From Akkermansiaceae bacterium (GTDB taxonomy: Bacteria > Verrucomicrobiota > Verrucomicrobiia > Verrucomicrobiales > Akkermansiaceae): DNA of 16,000 nucleotides. The stretch lies in assembly GCA_028822695.1 (NCBI GenBank), contig JAPKDA010000034.1, positions 6,799-22,798 of the forward strand, given 5' to 3'. The notes under the pieces were generated by a model. That model did no database searches. It had not been told where the DNA came from and saw only the letters and a program-made list of their open reading frames with translations. Of the stretch, positions 1 to 7,668 are shown piece after piece. The first letter of the stretch is position 1; each line of letters begins with the position of its first letter. The position numbers and the translations under genes were made by a program.

Positions 1-38
1 GGAGACGTTCTGGGCGGATTTGAATAAGAAGTTGATCG

Positions 39-1547
39 GTGAGTAGTCTTTTAGAAGCCCGAGGGGTGGTGAAGTCGTTTCCGGGGGTGAAGGCCCTTCG
101 GGGGGTCGACTTGCGCCTGGGGGCGGGGGAGGTGTTGGCTGTCCTGGGGGAGAATGGGGCGGGGAAGAGTACGCTGATGAAGGCGCTGGCGGGGGTGCAA
201 GCGGCGGATGGGGGGGAGTTTCTGATGAATGGGGATCCCGTGCGGGTCGATACGGTGCGGGGAGCGATGGCGGCGGGGATTGCGCTGATCCATCAGGAGC
301 TGAACATGGCGGGGAATCTCGATGTGGCGGCGAACATCTTTCTGGGGCGGGAGTTCCGGAAGTTCGGCTTGGTGGATGACGAGCGGATGCGGCGAGAGGC
401 GGTGACGTATTTGAAGATGGTAGGGCTGGATGTGGATCCGGCGGTGGAGGTGGGGACGCTGCCGATCGGCAAGCAGCAGTTGGTGGAGATCGCGAAGGCA
501 CTGTCAGTGGACGCGAAGGTGCTGATCATGGATGAGCCGACCTCGAGTTTGTCGCAGACGGAGGCGGAGCAGTTATTCGTGGTGGTGAAGGATCTCGTGT
601 CGCGCGGGGTGAGCATCATTTACATTTCGCACCGGCTGAGTGAGATCGTGCAGATTGCGGATCGGGTGACGGTGTTGCGGGATGGAGAGAACGCGGGAGA
701 GTTGGCGGGGGACGAGATCACGCACGGGAAGATGGTGCAGTTGATGGTGGGGCGGGATGTGGATCGGTTTTATCAGCGGACGCAGCATGAGTTGGGTGAG
801 GTCGCTCTGGAGGTGAAGGAGTTGCGGACGACGGCGTATCCGGAACACGCGGCAAGTTTTCAGGTGGCGCGGGGGGAAGTGGTTGGGGTGGCTGGTCTTG
901 TTGGTGCGGGGCGGACGGAGATGTTGGAAGCGATGTTTGGGGTGATGCCGGCCTTGGGAGGTGAGGTTTGGGTGCAGGGGGAGAAGGCGACGATTGGTGC
1001 ACCGCGGGAGGCGATTGCGGCGGGTTTGGCTTTGGTGCCGGAAGATCGGAAGACGCAGGGGGCGATCCTCGACATGGCGGTGTTGGAGAATGCGAGTTTG
1101 GCGAGCTTGAAGCGGGACGCCCGAAAAGGGGCGTTTCTGAATCGGGAGGCGGAAGAGGCTCTGGCGGAGAAGGGGATCAAGGATTTGTCGATTCGGACCC
1201 CGGATGCGGCGCAGTTGGTGCGGTATCTGTCGGGCGGGAATCAGCAGAAGGTGGTGCTGGCGAAGTGGTTGGCGATGAAGCCGAAGGTGCTTTTGCTGGA
1301 TGAGCCGACGCGGGGGATCGATGTGGGAGCGAAGCAGGAGATTTACGGGCTGATTGAGGAATTGGCGAAGCAGGGGATGGCGATTTTGTTCGTTTCGAGT
1401 GAAATGGAGGAAGTGATGGGCTTGTCGGACCGGGTCCTTGTGATGCATGAAGGGGAGGTGGCCGGTGAACTGAAGCGTGGGGGCATCACGGAAGAACAGA
1501 TCATGTCGCTGGCTACGGGCGGCGTTTCTCAGGAACTGAAAGTATGA
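39..1547 (+). CDS. Sugar (ribose/galactoside/xylose type) ABC transporter ATP-binding protein with duplicated nucleotide-binding domains
   Basis: 502-aa ORF with a GTG start. NBD1 has Walker [10 protein letters not shown], a degenerate signature LPIGKQQ and Walker [15 protein letters not shown]2 has signature LSGGNQQK and Walker [12 protein letters not shown]. The stop overlaps the permease start (ATGA). Confidence 0.93.
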   Translation: MSSLLEARGVVKSFPGVKALRGVDLRLGAGEVLAVLGENGAGKSTLMKALAGVQAADGGEFLMNGDPVRVDTVRGAMAAGIALIHQELNMAGNLDVAANIFLGREFRKFGLVDDERMRREAVTYLKMVGLDVDPAVEVGTLPIGKQQLVEIAKALSVDAKVLIMDEPTSSLSQTEAEQLFVVVKDLVSRGVSIIYISHRLSEIVQIADRVTVLRDGENAGELAGDEITHGKMVQLMVGRDVDRFYQRTQHELGEVALEVKELRTTAYPEHAASFQVARGEVVGVAGLVGAGRTEMLEAMFGVMPALGGEVWVQGEKATIGAPREAIAAGLALVPEDRKTQGAILDMAVLENASLASLKRDARKGAFLNREAEEALAEKGIKDLSIRTPDAAQLVRYLSGGNQQKVVLAKWLAMKPKVLLLDEPTRGIDVGAKQEIYGLIEELAKQGMAILFVSSEMEEVMGLSDRVLVMHEGEVAGELKRGGITEEQIMSLATGGVSQELKV

Positions 1548-2508
1548 AGAAGATTCTCGGTATTTTGATCACGTTGGTTGCGGTCTATGTTTTGACTGCG
1601 ATGGTGGGAGACAACTTTCTCAGTGCCTACAACCAGGAGAAGTTGCTCGAGCGGACCGCGTTGTTTGGAATTCTTTCCATCGGGGTGGCTTTCGTGATCA
1701 TCACGGGGGGGATTGATCTGTCGATTGGCTCGGTGGTTTGTCTGACGGGGTGTGGTTTGCCTTGGCTGATGGTGAAGCATGAATGGCCACCAGCGATTGC
1801 AGTGCCGATGGTGCTGGTCGTGGCGGCGTTGATCGGGCTCTCGCATGGGTTGTTGATCACGAAGCTGAACTTGCAGCCCTTTGTGGTGACCTTGTGTGGC
1901 TTGTTGATCTATCGGGGACTGACGCGAGGATTTACGGAAGATCAGACGCAGGGATTTGGAGGGGAATTTTCGGGGCTGCGGGCTGTGGCGAATGAGAAGA
2001 TTTCGCTGACGGCTGAGTTTGGCATTCCTTGGACTTGGGTGATCCTTGTGGTGATCGCGGTGATGGCGTGGATTTTTCTGAATAAGACGATCTATGGACG
2101 CTATCTCCGGGCTTTGGGGAACAACGAGGACGCGGCTCGGTTCAGCGGGGTGAATACGGATCGGATGATCATCCTGGCCTACGTCTTCAGTTCGATGTTG
2201 GCGGGACTGGGGGGGATGTTGTTCGTGATGAACGTGGGGTCGGCGCAGCCGAGTAACTTTGGAAATTTCTACGAGCTGTACGCGATCGCGGCGGCGGTGT
2301 TGGGTGGCTGTTCGCTGCGGGGTGGGGAAGGGACGATTCTCGGGGTGGTGATCGGGGCGGCGGTGATGCGGGTGCTCTACAACATGATCAACCTGGTGAC
2401 CTGGATTCCGACGCACATTGAGTTCGCGGTGGTTGGCGCGGTGATTCTCGTCGCGGTGATTTCGGACGAGTTGGTGAAGCGGGCGGCGGCGCGGCGACGG
2501 GTGAGAGG

Positions 2509-2512
<4 letters not shown>
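1544..2512 (+). CDS. Sugar ABC transporter permease (RbsC/BPD_transp_2-like)
   Basis: 322-aa, strongly hydrophobic multi-TM ORF, translationally coupled to the ATPase. Motifs typical of ribose-type permeases are present ([37 protein letters not shown]). Confidence 0.9.
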
Positions 2513-3036
<524 letters not shown>

Positions 3037-3102
3037 GGAGTCCGCAGCTATACGGAATCCGGGGATCGGAAGGATCACTCCAGATTGTTGGAGTGGGGTC
3101 TT

Positions 3103-3243
3103 ACCTCCGTTGAGGTGGAGGGACTGGCCGGTGATGAAGGAGGCCTCTTCGGAGGCGAAGAAGGTGACGGCGCTGGCGACGTCTTGGGGGGGCCAGCGGC
3201 CGGCGGAAATTTGGGCGAGGTAGCCTCCTTTTGTTCCTGCGGA
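3103..3243 (-). pseudogene. C-terminal fragment (~47 aa) of a short-chain dehydrogenase/reductase (FabG-like SDR)
   Basis: My own translation of the frame that continues into the 2509..3078 ORF gives [47 protein letters not shown], the classic SDR C-terminus. There is no Rossmann N-terminus and no in-frame start. A TGA lies immediately upstream at 3244-3246. Confidence 0.75.
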
Positions 3244-3250
3244 TCATTCT

Positions 3251-3325
3251 CGTGGCGATGACGACGAGGAGTTCGGCGAGGGTGAAGGCGCTGAGATGTT
3301 TTCTGGAGGGAAGGGATATCGTCAT
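3251..3325 (-). pseudogene. N-terminal fragment (25 aa) of a prepilin-type (N-terminal cleavage/methylation motif) protein. The rest of the 74-aa ORF is Arg/Pro-rich read-through.
   Basis: MTISLPSRKHLSAFTLAELLVVIAT matches the (A/G)FTL(I/A)ELLVVIA methylation motif. After residue 25 the ORF (running to 3101) overlaps the SDR fragment out of frame and has no pilin- or DUF1559-like body. Confidence 0.6.
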
Positions 3326-3403
3326 GGCAGTGGGTTCGGGTTAATTCGGAACTTGTCGCTGCGGGTTTCGGGCAGTTTCTTTTCTTTGTAGTGGCAGGGG
3401 GAG

Positions 3404-4282
3404 CTAGCCCCGGCCGACGGCATCCCGGTCCCGGGCGTCGACGAAGAAGTTGATGGCGCTGCAGAGTTGGATGAACATGATGATCGCGACCACGAGGCTG
3501 ACGAGTCTGATGGCTCCATCGAGGAGGCCGAGAAGCTCCATGCCATCGATGTTGCTCATGATGTTGAAGGAGATCGAGGCGATGCCGCAGATGCAATAGG
3601 TGAGGAAGGCTCCTTCGTTGGCCCGTGGTGCTGATTGAAATCTGGGATCGGATTGGATGACCCGGTTGTAATCCTTAGCCCAGAAGTAGTAGGCGCGGAA
3701 GGCCCAGTAGAGGTTGAAGAAGGGGATGAACTGAAGACCGACGGCGATGCCGGGAGTGGTGCTGACGCCCCAGGCCTGAATCATCAACCAGCTGCGGTAG
3801 AGAATGATCATGCTGAGGACGACGGCCCAGATGAGGACACCAATACCTGCGATGAAAAAGATGATGACGGTCGGCCAAACCCAAGCGCTTCCAGAGGAAG
3901 GTCCGGTTGGGGTGAGGATGCCCGAGCCGAGGACCATGATTCCCATCGCGGTGCACATGAGGGCGATCGCGCCGAGGGACACAAAGAGGAGTTTGAGGAA
4001 GCTCACCCGTTTGAGGGTGGCGGGGATGAGAAGGCGGTCCTGGGTGTGGGGGGCGTGGCCTTGGGGGAGAGTGGAGGAGCCCGGGGTGTCGGCGATGGGA
4101 GAGGGCAGGTTTGCGGCGGCGACGTCGCGGTAGGGGAGCCAGTTGGGCATGCCTTCCGACCAGACGAGGGTGTGGGAAGGAAGTTGTCCGGTGCCGACCT
4201 CCCGCTGGATTTGTTCGAAGGGGACGGGTCCTTTTTGTTCGTCACCGTCGGCGTAGTGCCAGGACGTCTCAGATGGATTCAT
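3404..4282 (-). CDS. Membrane protein with an N-terminal GYF_2 (DUF4339) domain and a C-terminal DUF4328-like multi-TM domain
   Basis: 292 aa. WHYADGDEQKGPVPFEQIQREVGTGQLPSHTLVWSEGMPNWLPYRDV is the GYF_2 pattern. Later come 4-5 hydrophobic helices and TPGIAVGLQFIPFFNLYWAFRAYYFWAKDYN, resembling the DUF4328 core. Codon usage is C-ending, like the other minus-strand genes. Confidence 0.8.
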   Translation of the reverse strand: MNPSETSWHYADGDEQKGPVPFEQIQREVGTGQLPSHTLVWSEGMPNWLPYRDVAAANLPSPIADTPGSSTLPQGHAPHTQDRLLIPATLKRVSFLKLLFVSLGAIALMCTAMGIMVLGSGILTPTGPSSGSAWVWPTVIIFFIAGIGVLIWAVVLSMIILYRSWLMIQAWGVSTTPGIAVGLQFIPFFNLYWAFRAYYFWAKDYNRVIQSDPRFQSAPRANEGAFLTYCICGIASISFNIMSNIDGMELLGLLDGAIRLVSLVVAIIMFIQLCSAINFFVDARDRDAVGRG

Positions 4283-4358
4283 GTGGCCGTGGTTGTGCTA
4301 TGGATCGTGGTGGGCGGCGATTGGAAAGGCGGGAGTGGAGGTCCCCGGGGTTGGGAAA

Positions 4359-4377
4359 GCGGCTTGGAAAGCCGCGC
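4359..4377 (-). repeat. Post-stop hairpin element, copy 1 (3' of korB)
   Basis: mRNA sense reads TAAAGAGGAGCGCGGCTTTCCAAGCCGCTTTCC. It has a 7-bp stem GCGGCTT/AAGCCGC and starts 3 nt after the korB TAA. Confidence 0.7.
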
Positions 4378-4383
4378 TCCTCT

Positions 4384-5277
4384 TTACCGCATTGCGGCGA
4401 AGCGCTGGCGGAGGAGATCTTTCTCGGAGAGATCGGCGGCCTTGGCTTGGGCGTCGGCGATCCAGGCGCGTTCGCCCTCATTTTTGGTGGGGCGTTGTTT
4501 CTCGAGGAAGACGCCGAATTTACCGGGGGCTTCGAGCTCGGCGAGCTCCAAGGCGGCGAGGTTGGATTCCATGTCCTGGGTTTTCTCGTCGACGAGGTCA
4601 AATTTGCCGCCTTTGCGCGGGTTGCCGTCGTCGAAGGCGCCGGGGTAGAACATGGTGCACTCGGAGAGAGTTTCGACCACCGCGAAGCCGGGGTGGAGGA
4701 TGGCGCGCTCGAACATTTCGTTCATGTGCTTCACCTGGGCGGCGTGGGTCCGGGCGATGAAGGTCGCCCCACTCGCGACGAGTTGGGACATGGGGTTGAT
4801 CGGTTGATCAATGGCGCCGCGAGGGTCGGTTTTGGATTTCCGGCCAATCGGGGTGGTGGGGGAAGTTTGGTTCTTGGTGAGTCCGTAGACGAAGTTGTCC
4901 ATGATGACGTAGGACAAGTTCACGTTCTTCCGGGCGGCGTGGTTGAGGTGGTTGCCGCCGATGGAGTAGCCATCGCCGTCACCGCCGAAGACGAAGACGT
5001 GCAGGTCGGGACGGGAAAGGGAGATGCCGGTGGCAAGAGGCACGGCGCGGCCGTGGATGAAATGGATGCCGTGGGTGTTGACGAAGTAGGGGAAGCGCGA
5101 GGAGCAGCCGATGCCGGCGACGCAGACGATCTTTTCGTGGGGGATACCCAGTTTCTGGACGACGTTGAAGAAGGAGGCGAGGACGGCGAAGTCACCACAG
5201 CCCGGACACCACGTGGGGTGGTCCGCTTTGAGCATCTTCTTGGTGAGTCTTTCGGGGGCGGCGGCTGGTTCGGACAT
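4384..5277 (-). CDS. korB: 2-oxoglutarate/2-oxoacid:ferredoxin oxidoreductase subunit beta (TPP-binding)
   Basis: 297 aa. The N-terminal HPTWCPGCGDFAVL motif, GIGCSSRFPYF and the GGDGDGYSIGGNHL TPP-binding motif are present. It lies 41 nt downstream of korA in the same orientation. Confidence 0.92.
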   Translation of the reverse strand: MSEPAAAPERLTKKMLKADHPTWCPGCGDFAVLASFFNVVQKLGIPHEKIVCVAGIGCSSRFPYFVNTHGIHFIHGRAVPLATGISLSRPDLHVFVFGGDGDGYSIGGNHLNHAARKNVNLSYVIMDNFVYGLTKNQTSPTTPIGRKSKTDPRGAIDQPINPMSQLVASGATFIARTHAAQVKHMNEMFERAILHPGFAVVETLSECTMFYPGAFDDGNPRKGGKFDLVDEKTQDMESNLAALELAELEAPGKFGVFLEKQRPTKNEGERAWIADAQAKAADLSEKDLLRQRFAAMR

Positions 5278-5318
5278 GATGGGAAGTATTCAGTAGGGAG
5301 TTTTCAGGATTCAGAAGC

Positions 5319-7106
5319 TTAGCCTTGAGCCATGAGTTTTTCGGCGGCGGAGATGAGTTCGCGGACGCGGAAGGTGATGCCTTCGACCTTATTGACTGAT
5401 TGGATGGCGGGGTTGCAGGTGACGGATCGCAGGAGGGTGGCGAGTTGGCCGTGGCCGTAGGGGCCCTCGTCGTTCATTTCGGGAACAAGGATGTGCGTGT
5501 AGTGGTCGAAGATTTGGTCGAGTCCGTTGCGGAGGGGGTGGACGTGACGGAGGTGGAGGGAGCCGACTTTGTGTCCTTCGGCGCGAAGGCGGTCGGTGGC
5601 TTCCTTGATGGGGCCGTAGGTGGACCCCCAACCGACGAAGAGGAGTTCGCCTTGTTCGTCGCCATAGAAGTCGGGAGAAGGGAGGGAGTTGGCGAGTTTG
5701 ACCAACTTATTGCGGCGCTTGGCGGTCATGTCGGCATGCATTTTGGGGTTTGCCGATGGGTGCCCCCATTCGTCGTGTTCGAGACCGGTGACGACGGGAT
5801 ACTTGCCCTCCGAAGAGCGGGAGCCGGGAGCGGAGTGTTGGGTGATGGCGTCGAGTGGGTAAGGTTTGAAGTCCGCGCCGCGCTCGTTGAGGTCGAGGGT
5901 AGGTTCGCGCCAGTGTTTTTCGAGATCGGGTTCTTCGAAGGCCTCGATGCGGGTGGCGATGGCCTGATCGGAAAGGATGATGACCGGCGTCGAATACTCT
6001 CGGGCGATGCGGCAGGCTTCGATGGCGGTGTAGAAGCAGTCTTCCACGTCGCGCGGGGCGAGGACGACGCGTGGGGAGTCGCCGTGGGAGCCGTAGATGG
6101 CTTGGAGAAGGTCGGATTGCTCAACAGAAGTTGGCAGGCCGGTGGATGGCCCCCCACGCTGGATGTTGCAAACGATGAGGGGGAGTTCGGCCATGGTGGC
6201 GTAGCCGATGGCCTCAGATTTCAGGGAAAGTCCCGGACCGGAGGAACCGGTGATGGCGAGGTGGCCGGAGTAGGCGGCGCCGATGGCCATGGAGACTGCG
6301 GCGAGCTCGTCTTCCACCTGGATGAACATGCCGCCGTATTTGGGGAGTTCGACGCGGAGCATTTCCATGATGGTGGACCATGGGGTGATCGGGTAGCCGG
6401 CACCGAAGCGGCAGCCGCCGGCGATGAGGCCGAGGGAGAGCATGGTGTTGCCGTCGGTGGAGAGGCGTTTTTCCGCAGAGTTCTCGCCGGGGACGAAGGG
6501 CATGTGCTCGATGTCGTGGACCGGCCAGGCGGCGCCGGCATCGAAGGCGAGTTGTGCGTTGCGGAGGATGTCTTCCGATTTGCCGCCGAATTTCTTGGCG
6601 ACGATGGCGAAGAGCTTTTCTCGGTCGAGTTGGTAGACGCTGCAGAGGACGCCGAGGACGAAGAGGTTTTTGCCACGGCTTTTGGCGGTGCCGCCGATGG
6701 CTTCGATGGTGGCGGTAGTGAAGGGCACTCCGATGTGGATGATGCCGCGCTCGTCTTTGACTTCCTCAACGTTGTCGGAGTCGTAGAAACAGATGCCGCC
6801 GTCGCGGAGTGATTTGAGATGGTTGTCGTAGGAGTCCTGGTAGAAGGCGACGAGGGTGTCGGCTTCGTCACCGGGATGGAGGACTTTGCCTGAGCCGAGG
6901 TGGACTTGGAAAATGGAGGGCCCCCCGGAGATGGTACTGGGGATGGTCATGTAGGTCATGACGTCCTGAGCAGTCGTGCCAGCAAGCTGGGCAAGGAAGG
7001 CTCCGATGGATTGGATGCCATCTTGGGAATGACCAGCAAAGCGAATGACGGCATTGCGAAGCGATTCGCATTGCTCGTCCCGAGTGGGGGAAGGGGTTAT
7101 ACTCAT
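5319..7106 (-). CDS. korA: 2-oxoglutarate/2-oxoacid:ferredoxin oxidoreductase subunit alpha (fused gamma/alpha type)
   Basis: Start moved to ATG 7106 (MSITPSPTRDEQ...). The 62 residues upstream in the track ORF are Pro/Ser-rich and not protein-like. Motifs include IRFAGHSQDGIQS, GYPITPWS and SSGPGLSLKSEAIGYATMAELPLIV. 595 aa. Confidence 0.9.
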   Translation of the reverse strand: MSITPSPTRDEQCESLRNAVIRFAGHSQDGIQSIGAFLAQLAGTTAQDVMTYMTIPSTISGGPSIFQVHLGSGKVLHPGDEADTLVAFYQDSYDNHLKSLRDGGICFYDSDNVEEVKDERGIIHIGVPFTTATIEAIGGTAKSRGKNLFVLGVLCSVYQLDREKLFAIVAKKFGGKSEDILRNAQLAFDAGAAWPVHDIEHMPFVPGENSAEKRLSTDGNTMLSLGLIAGGCRFGAGYPITPWSTIMEMLRVELPKYGGMFIQVEDELAAVSMAIGAAYSGHLAITGSSGPGLSLKSEAIGYATMAELPLIVCNIQRGGPSTGLPTSVEQSDLLQAIYGSHGDSPRVVLAPRDVEDCFYTAIEACRIAREYSTPVIILSDQAIATRIEAFEEPDLEKHWREPTLDLNERGADFKPYPLDAITQHSAPGSRSSEGKYPVVTGLEHDEWGHPSANPKMHADMTAKRRNKLVKLANSLPSPDFYGDEQGELLFVGWGSTYGPIKEATDRLRAEGHKVGSLHLRHVHPLRNGLDQIFDHYTHILVPEMNDEGPYGHGQLATLLRSVTCNPAIQSVNKVEGITFRVRELISAAEKLMAQG

Positions 7107-7350
7107 TAACTGGCTGTGGGGCTGTGAATAAGAGCGAAGGAGATACGCCCGGATTTCTAATAACGGAAGGAAAAAGGGAGGAGACGACCCGCCTAAATTG
7201 GGCATTGGATACGGGGGAGCGGCGGGATTCGTTCGATCAATCGGGAAAGGTGGTGAGAAACGCAAAGTGGGGCTCCGGGAACGGGGCTCCACCTTGTGGG
7301 TTGGGGGGGTGGGTTTTAGGGGGAGGAGGGCTGAGGGAGAAGCTTAAGGG

Positions 7351-7668
7351 GTGGGATGGCTGGCCTCGACGGTGAACCAGAATGCCTTTCTCGACATCGG
7401 TCATCTTGATGGAATCGGTGAGCCGGACATTGTGGCCCGGGGAGCCTGTTTCATGAACAACGGCAATGGCACCTTTGTCGCGGAGCAGAACGATGATCCG
7501 CTTCTCGGTGGGGTCATCCAGAGCCTGCGTTCGAATTCGAAGTGGGATGTGTTGGATCAGCCCGGGCCGGCGGGGCGGGTGATGGATGAGGTGTGGGAGC
7601 GGGCGGGGGCGAAGGGGTTTGCGCGGCGGGGGGACGAAGAAGCGGGTTGGAACCCCACGCTCCTTTAG
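7351..7668 (+). pseudogene. Possible relic of an FG-GAP/VCBS-repeat protein (a single degenerate repeat). May not be a gene at all.
   Basis: The 105-aa ORF contains LDGIGEPDIVARGACFMNNGNGTF, resembling one FG-GAP repeat (DxDGDGxxDIV...NNGDGTF) with substituted Asp residues. It has no signal peptide and no further repeats. Its 3' end runs through the mutS post-stop hairpin. Confidence 0.3.
7642..7660 (-). repeat. Post-stop hairpin element, copy 2 (3' of mutS)
   Basis: mRNA sense reads TAAAGGAGCGTGGGGTTCCAACCCGCTTCTTC and starts 1 nt after the mutS TAA. Confidence 0.7.

Noticed and set aside
1-27. A possible 3' end of an upstream gene (GDVLGGFE followed by a stop) before the ABC ATPase.
   Set aside because: Only eight codons are visible, too little to support any call. 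It could be the end of the cognate substrate-binding protein gene, but that is a guess.
7107-7292. N-terminal extensions in the ORF track: korA to 7292, mutS to 10388, and the PSCyt1 ORF to 3078.
   Set aside because: The extended residues are Pro/Ser-rich and not protein-like. Internal ATGs at 7106, 10253 and 3036 give canonical N-termini (a MutS MAQYQ-type start and a signal peptide for the PSCyt1 ORF).
7370-7530. The minus-strand reading KRIIVLLRDKGAIAVVHETGSPGHNVRLTDSIKMTDVEKGILVHRRG, which is superficially Rieske-like or beta-rich.
   Set aside because: It has no Cys/His ligand pattern (CxH...CxxH) and no start or plausible N-terminus. It lies in the frame of a junk ORF (7237..7911). The opposite-strand FG-GAP-like motif is the better, though still weak, explanation.
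7530-7541. Perfect 12-nt palindromes TTCGAATTCGAA (7530-7541) and GAATGTACATTC (11826-11837, just upstream of the ldt start next to a TAGAAT box), considered as possible operators.
   Set aside because: About four perfect 12-nt palindromes are expected by chance in 16 kb (16000/4^6), so these are not significant on their own. The second is positionally suggestive, but nothing else supports it.
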